Part shown: one piece after another, positions 1-8,401 of the stretch
Numbering within the stretch: position 1 is the stretch's first letter
How the letters are laid out: each line of letters starts with the position of its first letter
Assembly (NCBI GenBank): GCA_964543755.1
Contig: CAZIZF010000001.1
Location: forward strand, 1 to 36,477
Origin: an uncultured Candidatus Saccharibacteria bacterium
GTDB taxonomy: Bacteria > Patescibacteriota > Minisyncoccia > Minisyncoccales > CSSED10-335
Direction of reading: 5' to 3'
Length of the DNA stretch: 36,477 bases
Made by a program: the position numbers and the translations under genes
The notes under the pieces: model-generated
What the model saw: only the letters and a program-made list of their open reading frames with translations
What the model was told of the DNA's origin: nothing
Databases searched by the model: none

Positions 1-74
1 GCGGGGACGACCGGACTCGAACCGGCAACCTCCACTGTGACAGAGTGGCGATCTAACCATTGATCTACGCCCCC
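1..74 (-). tRNA. tRNA-Asp (anticodon GTC)
   Basis: The reverse complement folds as a cloverleaf: acceptor GGGGGCG/CGTCCCC, D-loop AATGGTTA, anticodon loop CTGTCAC, T-arm GCCGG-TTCGAGT-CCGGT, discriminator G. The 3' end abuts the window edge. Confidence 0.9.
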
Positions 75-80
75 ATAATA

Positions 81-153
81 TGCCGGCGGGAGGCATCGAA
101 CCTCCGACCTACGGCTTATGAGTCCGTCGCTCTAACCACTGAGCTACGCCGGC
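81..153 (-). tRNA. tRNA-Met (anticodon CAT). Elongator Met versus lysidine-type Ile2 cannot be distinguished by eye.
   Basis: Cloverleaf: acceptor GCCGGCG/CGCCGGC, D-loop AGTGGTTA, anticodon loop CTCATAA, T-loop TTCGATG, discriminator A. No CCA is encoded. There is an A31.G39 mismatch at the bottom of the anticodon stem. Confidence 0.85.
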
Positions 154-162
154 AAATAAATG

Positions 163-233
163 TTGCGGGGGCCGGAATTGCACCGGCGCCTTGAGGTTAT
201 GGGCCTCACATGGTACTACTCCACCACCCCGCG
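163..233 (-). tRNA. Initiator-like tRNA-Met (anticodon CAT) with non-canonical loops
   Basis: The sequence is CGCGGGG-TG-GTGG-AGTAGTA-CCAT-G-TGAGG-CCCATAA-CCTCA-AGGC-GCCGG-TGCAATT-CCGGC-CCCCGCA-A. It has the bacterial initiator hallmark C1.A72 mismatch, and its 5' and 3' ends closely resemble E. coli tRNA-fMet. No CCA is encoded. Confidence 0.7.
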
Positions 234-245
234 TTCTTGATTGTT

Positions 246-274
246 ATTCTAATATACTTTTATTTTTTTATCAA
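246..274 (-). promoter_or_regulatory. Candidate sigma70-type promoter for the tRNA cluster (TTGATA-N17-TAGAAT)
   Basis: On the minus strand, the -35 TTGATA is at 269-274 and the -10 TAGAAT at 246-251, with an exact 17-nt spacer. The -10 lies 12 nt upstream of the first tRNA 5' end. Confidence 0.5.
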
Positions 275-277
275 GTC

Positions 278-808
278 CTAAACAAGAATACCAAGACTCC
301 TAAAAGATTCCTGATAAACATCCATCACCTCTTTGGCTTTTTCTTTTGATAGCTGATAGTCAGGGTCGTGTATCACTCCATTCCTCACCTTTCTCGCCTC
401 CTTCAAAGCATCTATATTAGATATCTCAATTGAAGTAACTTTATTTAATCTCTTTTCTATCGTCTCATCATCATAGCCCATACGCTCAAGTATCTCTCCC
501 AACATAGTATCTATCTCTATAATAGCCAACTTATACTCCGCCTCAATCCCAGTATCAAGACGTTTTTTTACCTTCTTCCATTCTTTGACATACTTGTCAC
601 TCCCGTAAGGTTGGAACTTAATAAACTCAACAACATCCTCTATAGCTCTATACTTCAACCAATTAGTTGAGGCAATAGTATAAAATATTATCCCCAGAAA
701 GATGATCGATATCAAAACAAAGATTATCTTTAGGGTAAAGATCAGCTGAGAATAGGGTTCTGGTATCAATCCCGGGTTTAATAGATATTGAATTATCTGC
801 TGTTCCAT
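278..808 (-). CDS. Hypothetical membrane-anchored alpha-helical protein with a C-terminal HEPN-like RNxxxH motif
   Basis: 176-aa ORF with an ATG start. It has one N-terminal hydrophobic helix (LIFTLKIIFVLISIIFLGIIFYTI). The C-terminal region reads ALKEARKVRNGVIHDPDY (Rx4H). It overlaps the gatA 3' end by 16 nt. Confidence 0.6.
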   Translation of the reverse strand: MEQQIIQYLLNPGLIPEPYSQLIFTLKIIFVLISIIFLGIIFYTIASTNWLKYRAIEDVVEFIKFQPYGSDKYVKEWKKVKKRLDTGIEAEYKLAIIEIDTMLGEILERMGYDDETIEKRLNKVTSIEISNIDALKEARKVRNGVIHDPDYQLSKEKAKEVMDVYQESFRSLGILV

Positions 809-2217
809 AGCTCTTCAAAGGCCTTACCCGCTTGAAGAATTGTATTCTCCTCAAAGGAACGACCTATTAGTTGTATCCCAACCGGCAATCCATCTATTTT
901 ACCGCAGGGCAAAGAGAGAGCTGGAACACCAGCTAAGTTAGCAGTCACGGTAAATATATCCGAAAGATAGATTGAAAGAGGATCCCCTATCTTCTCCCCT
1001 ATCTTAAATGGAAGAATTGGAGAGGTTGGGGTAATAATTATATCAACTTCCTTAAATGCCTTTACAAAATCATCTTTAATTAACGATCTTACTTTAAGAG
1101 CTTTCTGATAATAGGTATCCTTGTATCCTGCTGAAAGAGTGTAAGTTCCTAAGACTATTCTTCGCTTGACCTCCATACCAAATCCCTTTCCTCTGTTTCT
1201 GAAGTACGATTCAATTAAATCACTAGCTTGGTCATCTGAAAGGCCATACCTCAATCCATCATATCTACTCATATTTGATGATACTTCAGAAGGCATGATT
1301 ATATAATAGACCGGCAAAGCATAATCGGTGTGAGGTAAACTGATCTCTTTAATCTTAGCGCCCATCTTAGAAATTAAGGCAATCGCCTCTTTTATCTTCA
1401 TCTCAACCCGTTTATCCATTCCATCAATGAAATACTCCTTTGGTATCCCAACCCTCAATTTTGAAACATCAATCTCTTTCCGTGAAAAAGAATAATCCAC
1501 TGAAGTTGAATCAAGCTCATCCTTGCCCGATATGGCTTCAAATAGATCAATCGTGTCGCTGATATTTCGAGCAAATACGCCAATCTGGTCTAAAGACGAT
1601 GCCATAGCAATCAATCCCCGTCTTGAAACGCTACCATATGTGGGTTTTAACCCAACTACTCCGCAGAAAGATGCTGGCTGTCTTATTGATCCACCGGTAT
1701 CCGATCCGATAGCAAAAGAGCAACAGCCCGTCGCCACAGCAACCGCCGAACCACCCGAAGATCCTCCCGGAACCCTTGATAAGTCATAAGGATTTCGAGT
1801 CACGCCAAAAGCAGAATTTTCTGTGGAAGAACCCATCGCAAACTCATCCATATTGGTCTTGCCCAAGATAACCGAACCCTCTTTTTCAAGCTTCTCAACA
1901 ATATGGGCATTGTAGGAGGAGTAATAATTATTAAGCGACTTAGAGCCAGCGGTACATCTTACTCCTTTGAGCATAATATTATCTTTTAACGCTCCCGATA
2001 TACCCAAGAGAAGATTCTCATCTCCCTTCGCAATCCTCTCATCGGCCTTGCGAGCCTGCTCTAAAGCAAGTTCCTCAGTGATGGTTATAAATGAAAAATT
2101 TTCTTCGTTATTCTTTTTTATCTTATCAAGAAAAAACTTTGCGACTTCAACCGCCGAAAATTCGCCTCCCCTGAAACCAGAAGCAAGTTCTCTTATTGTC
2201 ATTAATGAAAAATTCAT
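793..2217 (-). CDS. gatA: Asp-tRNA(Asn)/Glu-tRNA(Gln) amidotransferase subunit A
   Basis: 474 aa. Amidase signature GGSSGGSAVAVA and GSDTGGSIRQPA. Lies directly downstream of gatC. Confidence 0.93.
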   Translation of the reverse strand: MNFSLMTIRELASGFRGGEFSAVEVAKFFLDKIKKNNEENFSFITITEELALEQARKADERIAKGDENLLLGISGALKDNIMLKGVRCTAGSKSLNNYYSSYNAHIVEKLEKEGSVILGKTNMDEFAMGSSTENSAFGVTRNPYDLSRVPGGSSGGSAVAVATGCCSFAIGSDTGGSIRQPASFCGVVGLKPTYGSVSRRGLIAMASSLDQIGVFARNISDTIDLFEAISGKDELDSTSVDYSFSRKEIDVSKLRVGIPKEYFIDGMDKRVEMKIKEAIALISKMGAKIKEISLPHTDYALPVYYIIMPSEVSSNMSRYDGLRYGLSDDQASDLIESYFRNRGKGFGMEVKRRIVLGTYTLSAGYKDTYYQKALKVRSLIKDDFVKAFKEVDIIITPTSPILPFKIGEKIGDPLSIYLSDIFTVTANLAGVPALSLPCGKIDGLPVGIQLIGRSFEENTILQAGKAFEELWNSR

Positions 2218-2219
2218 AG

Positions 2220-2462
2220 TCAGAGAATTTGTCTTACCTTAAGATACTCTCCTTTCTTGTCAAAATCTTGATAGCTTTTCTCAACATCTTCTCTCGTAAT
2301 ATTTTCAGTCATTATTGAATAGTTAGGTAAAAGATTAGACACCTCCAACATCTTTAATCTATCTATATAACCAATAATATTAGAGAGATCATCTTGAAGG
2401 TCTTCATTAAGATCAATCCTAGCCAGTTCAGCTATATGTTTTATATCGTCTTTTTTAATCAT
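2220..2462 (-). CDS. gatC: Asp-tRNA(Asn)/Glu-tRNA(Gln) amidotransferase subunit C
   Basis: 80 aa. GatC-like N-terminus IKHIAELARIDL. Position immediately 5' of gatA. Confidence 0.8.
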   Translation of the reverse strand: MIKKDDIKHIAELARIDLNEDLQDDLSNIIGYIDRLKMLEVSNLLPNYSIMTENITREDVEKSYQDFDKKGEYLKVRQIL

Positions 2463-3523
2463 TATTTTGGTGTTTCCAAGGTGTCTGTTTCAACTAGAAC
2501 ATCTTGCAATTCATCTATATTTTCAAGAACAAAACCAGCTCCACGGGCAACGGCCGTCAATGGGTCATCAGAAACCTTTGTCTTAATCTTAGTTTCCTCG
2601 GCAATGAGTTGATCTAATCCCTTCAAAAGACTTCCCCCTCCCATAAGATAGATCCCCTTATTCATTATATCCGAGAGAAGTTCAGGCGGGGTCTCCTCAA
2701 CTATCGTCTTTATCGCAGCAACTATCTCTTTAACCGATTTTTCTATCGCTTTTCTAATATCTTTATCCGTTACTACTATCTCTTCCGGAAGTCCAGTTAC
2801 TAGATTCCTTCCCCTAATCGGCATTTCAATCTTCTCTTTTAGAGGATATGCCGAACCAATATTTATCTTAATCTCTTCAGCCGTCCTCTCTCCAATCAGT
2901 AATTTATACTCCTCCTGAGCGTATTTTATAATATCCTCATTGAGTTTATCACCGGCAACTCTTAAGCTCCGCGCAACAACCACACCGCCTAGTGATATAA
3001 CCGCCACCTCTGTGGTGCCTCCGCCTATATCAACGATAAAATTACCTCCAGCATCCTGAACCGGAAGACGAGCCCCAATCGCCGAAGCCATTGGCTCTTC
3101 TACAAGAAAGACAATTTTGGCTCCCGCACTCTTACCGGCATCCTGAACCGCTTTCCTTTCTACTTCAGTTACTCCAACAGGAATACCAACGATTAGTCGC
3201 GGCCTAAAATTAAATACAAAGTTTCTTTTATACGCCCTCTCTATGAAGTATCTGAGCATCTGCTCTGTAACATCAAAGTCCGAGACAACACCCGATACCA
3301 AAGGCCTAGTCGCCACTATGTAAGCAGGAGTTCTTCCAACCATTCTCTTCGCCTCCTCTCCAATAGCCAAAATTTGTCCTGTCTTTTGATTAATGGCAAC
3401 GACCGAAGGTTCAGATATGACGATACCTCTACCTTTAACATAGACTAAAGAGTTAGCTGTTCCAAGGTCAATGGCGATATCGCACGATAATTTATCAGTA
3501 AGGTTTTTGAAAAAGTTTTTCAT
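2462..3523 (-). CDS. mreB: Rod-shape-determining actin homologue MreB (paralog 1)
   Basis: Actin-fold motifs DLGTANS, DIGGGTTEVAVISLGG and MGGGSLLKGL. The tracked start at 3532 is a TTG. The ATG at 3523 forms an ATGA overlap with the rseP stop. Confidence 0.9.
   Translation of the reverse strand: MKNFFKNLTDKLSCDIAIDLGTANSLVYVKGRGIVISEPSVVAINQKTGQILAIGEEAKRMVGRTPAYIVATRPLVSGVVSDFDVTEQMLRYFIERAYKRNFVFNFRPRLIVGIPVGVTEVERKAVQDAGKSAGAKIVFLVEEPMASAIGARLPVQDAGGNFIVDIGGGTTEVAVISLGGVVVARSLRVAGDKLNEDIIKYAQEEYKLLIGERTAEEIKINIGSAYPLKEKIEMPIRGRNLVTGLPEEIVVTDKDIRKAIEKSVKEIVAAIKTIVEETPPELLSDIMNKGIYLMGGGSLLKGLDQLIAEETKIKTKVSDDPLTAVARGAGFVLENIDELQDVLVETDTLETPK
2978..3010. repeat. 33-nt tract identical to 6563-6595 (inside mreB paralog 1)
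   Basis: aaccacaccgcctagtgatataaccgccacctc occurs identically in both mreB copies. On the minus strand it encodes EVAVISLGGVV. Confidence 0.9.
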
Positions 3524-4590
3524 AATCCCCAAATATCATTAAAGGTTACTAAGAGAAATAGTCCAAGTAACATTAAAAATGATCCTGCTATTAGATTCTG
3601 TTCTAGTTTTTGATTGATAGGACTTCCTTTGATCTTTTCAATCGCAAGTAAGAGAAGTCTTCCTCCGTCAAGCGCCGGTATTGGAAGAAGGTTAAATACC
3701 GCTAATGATATTGAAACCATCACCATTACCTGAAGATAATCAACGAATCCTCTCTCTATCGCGCTAACAAAGAAGTCCACTATCCCAACTGGTCCAGCTA
3801 TCTGGGCTCCGGGAGGTAAGGGCTCCCCAAAGATCAAGCTCTTCGCAGAACTTCCGAGAAAATGAACTATATTAAATGTTATCGTTCCAGTCATTAACGC
3901 TCCCTGGAAAGGGGCTTGATACCACGGATATTTCTGAGTTTCCATTCTTGCGAGAGATACACCTATAATTCCCTCTTCCTCGTGAGAGATAATATTCAAT
4001 TCCTCATTTGAATCCCCTCTCTTAATAAGAGCAACTATTTCATTGCCCCTGTGGTCAGCCAAGAATGACCTAACATCAGAGACACGTTCAATTATGACTT
4101 CCTCTGTGCCAGATGAAAACTTAAGGAGAATATCTCCATGCATCATTCCCGCCTCGGAGGCAGGAAGACCATCTTCCACGCCTAGTATTACAACTTGAGC
4201 ATCGGGAGAATAAATATCATCAGAGATCACCGCTGAAAAACCTAACCCCGCAATTATCGTAAGAAGAATAAATGCCACAACCCAAAAAGCGACTACTCCT
4301 CCCAGAAGAATGAGCGCCCTTTGAAATATGCTTTTTTCACTGAAACTTCTCTCGTCCTTTATCTTCTGGCCCTCGCCATACAATTTTACAAAAGCTCCTA
4401 TTGGCAAAGCATTTAATGAATAAACTGTTTCACCGAACTTCTTGCCGATTATTCGCGGCGGTATTCCTATTCCAAATTCTTCTACCTTGACATTATATCT
4501 CTTAGCAACCAAAAAGTGTCCTAATTCATGCAAAACCACTAGAACGAGCAAACTGACTATTGATATGATTATGTATATAGCTATATCCAT
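3520..4590 (-). CDS. rseP: Site-2 (M50) zinc metalloprotease, RseP family
   Basis: 356 aa. HELGH zinc motif in the first TM helix, a central PDZ-like segment, and a C-terminal LNLLPIPALDGG motif. Confidence 0.88.
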   Translation of the reverse strand: MDIAIYIIISIVSLLVLVVLHELGHFLVAKRYNVKVEEFGIGIPPRIIGKKFGETVYSLNALPIGAFVKLYGEGQKIKDERSFSEKSIFQRALILLGGVVAFWVVAFILLTIIAGLGFSAVISDDIYSPDAQVVILGVEDGLPASEAGMMHGDILLKFSSGTEEVIIERVSDVRSFLADHRGNEIVALIKRGDSNEELNIISHEEEGIIGVSLARMETQKYPWYQAPFQGALMTGTITFNIVHFLGSSAKSLIFGEPLPPGAQIAGPVGIVDFFVSAIERGFVDYLQVMVMVSISLAVFNLLPIPALDGGRLLLLAIEKIKGSPINQKLEQNLIAGSFLMLLGLFLLVTFNDIWGL

Positions 4591-4593
4591 TTG

Positions 4594-5154
4594 TTATGTC
4601 TCCATTATCTCTTTCGTCTTCTTTTCAGATATCCTTTCAATTTTATTATTATACTCATTTATGAGTTTTTGAAGCTCTTCTTTTCCTCTGAATTTATCAT
4701 CTTCTCTTATTAATCCCTCCCTAAAGCCATCTTGTATTTTTCTCCAAGCATCTTCCCTAACCCTCCTTAATGATACTCTCGCATCCTCACTCTTCTCATT
4801 AAGAATCTTCGTAAGATTCTTTCTGAATTCCTCAGTGAGTGAAGGAAGATGTATCTTTATTAAATCCTTATCACTTACAGGATTAATCCCAAGTTCGGAC
4901 TGAGCAATCGCCTTCTCTATCACAGAGATAAGCGATTTATCCCAGGGCTGTATAGTTATTAATCTCGGACCAGGTATGCTGATTGAGGCAACCTGCTTTA
5001 AGGGAAGTTTAGTACCGTAAGAATCAATTATTATGCCTTCAACTAGTGATGACGTTGCTCTCCCGGTACGGATACCTGATATATCCTTTTCGTAGAACAT
5101 AATAATCTTATCAAATTCCAACCCAGTATCTTTAATTATATTTTTAATATCCAT
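4594..5154 (-). CDS. frr: Ribosome recycling factor
   Basis: 186 aa. Typical Frr sequence (GIRTGRA, ITIQPWD, LPSLTEE.R). A GGAG lies 8 nt upstream of the ATG. Confidence 0.93.
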   Translation of the reverse strand: MDIKNIIKDTGLEFDKIIMFYEKDISGIRTGRATSSLVEGIIIDSYGTKLPLKQVASISIPGPRLITIQPWDKSLISVIEKAIAQSELGINPVSDKDLIKIHLPSLTEEFRKNLTKILNEKSEDARVSLRRVREDAWRKIQDGFREGLIREDDKFRGKEELQKLINEYNNKIERISEKKTKEIMET

Positions 5155-5156
5155 AT

Positions 5157-6065
5157 CTATAACTCCATTATTAATTTTTCTAAAACCATTCTTCTATTCG
5201 TATTAGTCTTTGATATGAGGTGAATTGACTCCTCTATCTCTTCTAAGGATTTTTTGATTTTAAATAAAGAACGATTTTCTTCCGCCTTCTTTATCATAAG
5301 GGCGCGAAAATAGCTAAGCCACATCTTTAACATCTCTTCGGTCTTTGTAGAATCCTCAGCCAGTTCTTTGACATACTTAAACCTATCACGAAATGGCGAT
5401 TTAGGCGATATGACATTAAGAAACTCATTTATCTTTTCCTTTCTTTCTTTTATCTTAGTAGGATCAGATAAAAATTCTAAAGCTACACCCGGCCGTCCAA
5501 AAGAAAAGAGTGTTATCTCTTCTAAAGAATCTTCATTACATCCCCGCTCTCGCAGACAACGCTCAATCTCAACAGAACTTACAGGAAAAAACGATATTCG
5601 TCTAGCTCGTGACCTTACCGTAGCAAGAAGGGACTCTGGGTAATCAGTCACTAAAATTATTATTGAATCACCACCTGGCTCTTCCAAAAGTTTTAATATT
5701 GAATTCTGCGAATAACGGTTCATAAGATGAGCGTTATCTATAATCGCCGCCTTAAACGGCGCAGAATAAGGTTTAAGAGAAAATCTCTGGATTAAATCAT
5801 CTCTTATCTGATTTATCTGTATCTCTCTTTTTTGTGAAGAAATTTCAATAAGATCGGGATGAACCCCCTTACTAATATCAATACAGGAGCGGCATAAACC
5901 GCAATTATTCTTTTCTTCGCAAAATATCTTGCTAATGAATTCAAGCGCCAACTTCCTCTTCCCTAGCTTTGATAAACCCTCAAAGATCATAGTATGAGGT
6001 ATCTCTAATGATGCCGCCATAGCCGATAAAATATTCTTTTGTCTCTGATGTCCAATAACCGTCAT
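5157..6065 (-). CDS. holB: DNA polymerase III delta-prime subunit (clamp-loader AAA+)
   Basis: 302 aa. Degenerate P-loop GLSKLGKRKLA, zinc module CGLCRSC, IIDNAHLM box, SRARRI sensor. Confidence 0.8.
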   Translation of the reverse strand: MTVIGHQRQKNILSAMAASLEIPHTMIFEGLSKLGKRKLALEFISKIFCEEKNNCGLCRSCIDISKGVHPDLIEISSQKREIQINQIRDDLIQRFSLKPYSAPFKAAIIDNAHLMNRYSQNSILKLLEEPGGDSIIILVTDYPESLLATVRSRARRISFFPVSSVEIERCLRERGCNEDSLEEITLFSFGRPGVALEFLSDPTKIKERKEKINEFLNVISPKSPFRDRFKYVKELAEDSTKTEEMLKMWLSYFRALMIKKAEENRSLFKIKKSLEEIEESIHLISKTNTNRRMVLEKLIMEL

Positions 6066-7072
6066 TGACTTTTAAGCATTATACTTCTTTTATAATAATC
6101 AATATTCTCCAATACCGTACCAGTACCTATTGCGACGCAGACGAGTGGATCGTTGGCAATAAAACATGGCACTCCTGTACTTTGGGAAATGAGAATATCT
6201 ATATTCCTCAGTAAAGCCCCTCCGCCTGATATGACCATACCCTTATCCATTATATCCGCGGAAAGTTCGGGTGGTGTATCTCTCAACACCTGCCTTATAG
6301 TCTTTATTATCTCATCCAACGTCTCAGTTATCGCCTCAACTATCTCGTTAGAGCCGATGGTGATATTCCTAGGTAATCCCATAACCATATCCCTTCCCCT
6401 TATCTCCATCCTCTTCTCTTCCTTCTCAGAAAGGGCGGTGCCTATCTTTATCTTTATCTCTTCCGCTGTCTGAATCCCTATCGCCAGTTTATATTTCTTC
6501 TTGATGTAATTCATAATTGCGGAATCTATCTTGTCGCCAGCAGTTCTTAAAGAGCAACAAGTAACCACACCGCCTAGTGATATAACCGCCACCTCCGAGG
6601 TCCCTCCCCCTATATTGACTATCATATGGCCAGAGCAAGAATTAATAGGTATCCCAGCGCCAATCGCGGCAAGAACCGGCTCCTTAGTTAAATAGACCGC
6701 CTTAGCTCCAGCTAGCATCCCAGCCTCAATAACCGCCCTCTTTTCGGTGGAAGTTATCCCTGCTGGAACACTTATCACTAACTCTGGTTTCAAAAACTTA
6801 AAACGACCCGGTACCTTCTTGATAAAATGCCTAATCATCACTTCTGTTATCTTGTACTCTGCAATCACTCCGTCTCTTAAAGGACGATAAACCTTGATAT
6901 CCTCCGGGGTTCTGCCTGTCATCTCTTTGGCCTCGGTTCCCACAGCCAAAATTTTGTTTTCAATCGCCGAAACAGCTACAACTGAGGGCTCCTGAATAAT
7001 TACTCCTTTTCCGGGAATAAAGACCAGCGAGTTGCAGGTTCCGAGATCAATTCCTATTTTTGTTATAAACAT
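6062..7072 (-). CDS. mreB: Rod-shape-determining actin homologue MreB (paralog 2)
   Basis: 336 aa. Motifs DLGTCNS, NIGGGTSEVAVISLGG and SGGGALLRNI. Roughly half of its residues are identical to paralog 1. Confidence 0.88.
   Translation of the reverse strand: MFITKIGIDLGTCNSLVFIPGKGVIIQEPSVVAVSAIENKILAVGTEAKEMTGRTPEDIKVYRPLRDGVIAEYKITEVMIRHFIKKVPGRFKFLKPELVISVPAGITSTEKRAVIEAGMLAGAKAVYLTKEPVLAAIGAGIPINSCSGHMIVNIGGGTSEVAVISLGGVVTCCSLRTAGDKIDSAIMNYIKKKYKLAIGIQTAEEIKIKIGTALSEKEEKRMEIRGRDMVMGLPRNITIGSNEIVEAITETLDEIIKTIRQVLRDTPPELSADIMDKGMVISGGGALLRNIDILISQSTGVPCFIANDPLVCVAIGTGTVLENIDYYKRSIMLKSQ
6563..6595. repeat. 33-nt tract identical to 2978-3010 (inside mreB paralog 2)
   Basis: Exact nucleotide identity over 11 codons, including every synonymous position. 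Confidence 0.9.
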
Positions 7073-7073
7073 C

Positions 7074-8363
7074 TTAATTAACCCTATTAATAACAGCTCC
7101 TATCATTTGCAATCTCTCCTCTATCTTCTCATAACCCCTGTCAACCTGGGATATATTCTTAATAATCGTGACACCATCAGCTAAAAGACCGGCAATTATG
7201 AGGGCGGCACCGGATCTTAAATCAAGAGGTCCTAACTCAGTTCCATGTAGTTTAGTCGGTCCGTTTATAACCGCCCTGTGAGGATCGCAAATTATGATCT
7301 CCGCCCCCATCTTGTTAAGCTCCTCCAAATACTTCAGTCGTCCGTCATAGAGAGGATCGTGTATCAATGTTAATCCATGCGTCTGGGTAGCTAACACTCC
7401 AAAAGCAGATTGAAGGTCGGTTGGTATCCCAGGGTAAGGAAGCGCCTGGATATTCTTTATCTTCATATCCCGTGAAGTCCTTACCATGACCGACTTATCA
7501 TCTATTATCTCTACATTCCCCCCAGAAGATATGATCTTTTTAAAGAAAAGGTCAAGATGTTCTGTAGGGACATTGCCGACCTTCACCTCTCCCCCAACCG
7601 TTAGTGCCATAAGGATATAGGTTCCTGCTTCAACATAATCATAAGGGATAAAATGTTCAACACCCTTGAGTTTCTTCTTCCCCGATATCTCAATGGTATG
7701 AGTCCCCTCTCCCTTTATCTCAACTCCCATCTTTTTAAGAAATCCGGCCAACTCTTGGACATGGGGTTCACAGGCCGCTATCTTTATCGTTGTCTTACAG
7801 TCAGATAACGCGCAAGCCATCATAATATTTTCTGTTGCTGTAACAGAAAACTCATCAAGTACAATATCTTTACCACCCAACCTTTTCTCGACTTTCAATG
7901 AATATAAGTTTGTCTTCTCATTAGCTAAATTATCGGTACTAATCTCAACATCGGCTCCAAGGCCCTGAAATCCATTCAGATGGGTATCAACCGACCTGGT
8001 TCCTATTATACATCCTCCCGGATGATTCATCTCTACCGAGCCACAACGAGCCAAAAGCGGTCCCATAACCAAAAGAGAAGATCTCATTTTGGATACTAGG
8101 GACCTATTCAAAGCAGCTGAATCAATATCCTTCGCCTCAATCCTAACCGCATTTTCGCCAACCCATTCTACTTTAACTCCTAGTCCCTTAATTAATTCAA
8201 GCATCCTAAATACATCCTCAATAAGGGGAAGGTTGCTGATAATAGATGGTTCTTTGGTTAAAAGAGTGGCAGCTAGTATCGGAGTCGCCGCATTCTTAGA
8301 CCCTCTTACCTCTATCTCCCCTTTTAGGGGCTTTCCTCCTTCTATTATGAATCTTTCTGTCAT
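7074..8363 (-). CDS. murA: UDP-N-acetylglucosamine 1-carboxyvinyltransferase
   Basis: MurA-like throughout (GGKPLKGEI..GSKNA, LRSGAALIIAGL). The tracked start at 8372 is a GTG that sits directly against a -10-like box, so the ATG at 8363 (MTERFIIEGG) is preferred. Confidence 0.92.
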   Translation of the reverse strand: MTERFIIEGGKPLKGEIEVRGSKNAATPILAATLLTKEPSIISNLPLIEDVFRMLELIKGLGVKVEWVGENAVRIEAKDIDSAALNRSLVSKMRSSLLVMGPLLARCGSVEMNHPGGCIIGTRSVDTHLNGFQGLGADVEISTDNLANEKTNLYSLKVEKRLGGKDIVLDEFSVTATENIMMACALSDCKTTIKIAACEPHVQELAGFLKKMGVEIKGEGTHTIEISGKKKLKGVEHFIPYDYVEAGTYILMALTVGGEVKVGNVPTEHLDLFFKKIISSGGNVEIIDDKSVMVRTSRDMKIKNIQALPYPGIPTDLQSAFGVLATQTHGLTLIHDPLYDGRLKYLEELNKMGAEIIICDPHRAVINGPTKLHGTELGPLDLRSGAALIIAGLLADGVTIIKNISQVDRGYEKIEERLQMIGAVINRVN

Positions 8364-8372
8364 ACTAATCAC

Positions 8373-8401
8373 ATCTTAACTTAAAAAAAAAGAGTTGGCA
8401 A
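8373..8401 (-). promoter_or_regulatory. Candidate murA promoter (TTGCCA-N17-TAAGAT)
   Basis: On the minus strand, the -35 is at 8396-8401 and the -10 at 8373-8378, with a 17-nt spacer. The -10 lies 9 nt upstream of the ATG at 8363. Confidence 0.3.

Noticed and set aside
81-153. The A31.G39 mismatch in the second CAT tRNA as a sign of a pseudogene.
   Set aside because: The rest of the cloverleaf and all conserved loop nucleotides are canonical, and a single mismatch at the base of the anticodon stem is tolerated in real tRNAs. It is retained as a note only. Met versus Ile2 identity needs a classifier.
663-854. Same-strand, alternative-frame ORFs nested in real genes (663-854, 14252-14446, 29593-29820).
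   Set aside because: They fall completely or largely inside better-supported genes (the 176-aa ORF and gatA, uppP, rplD) and have no recognisable motifs.
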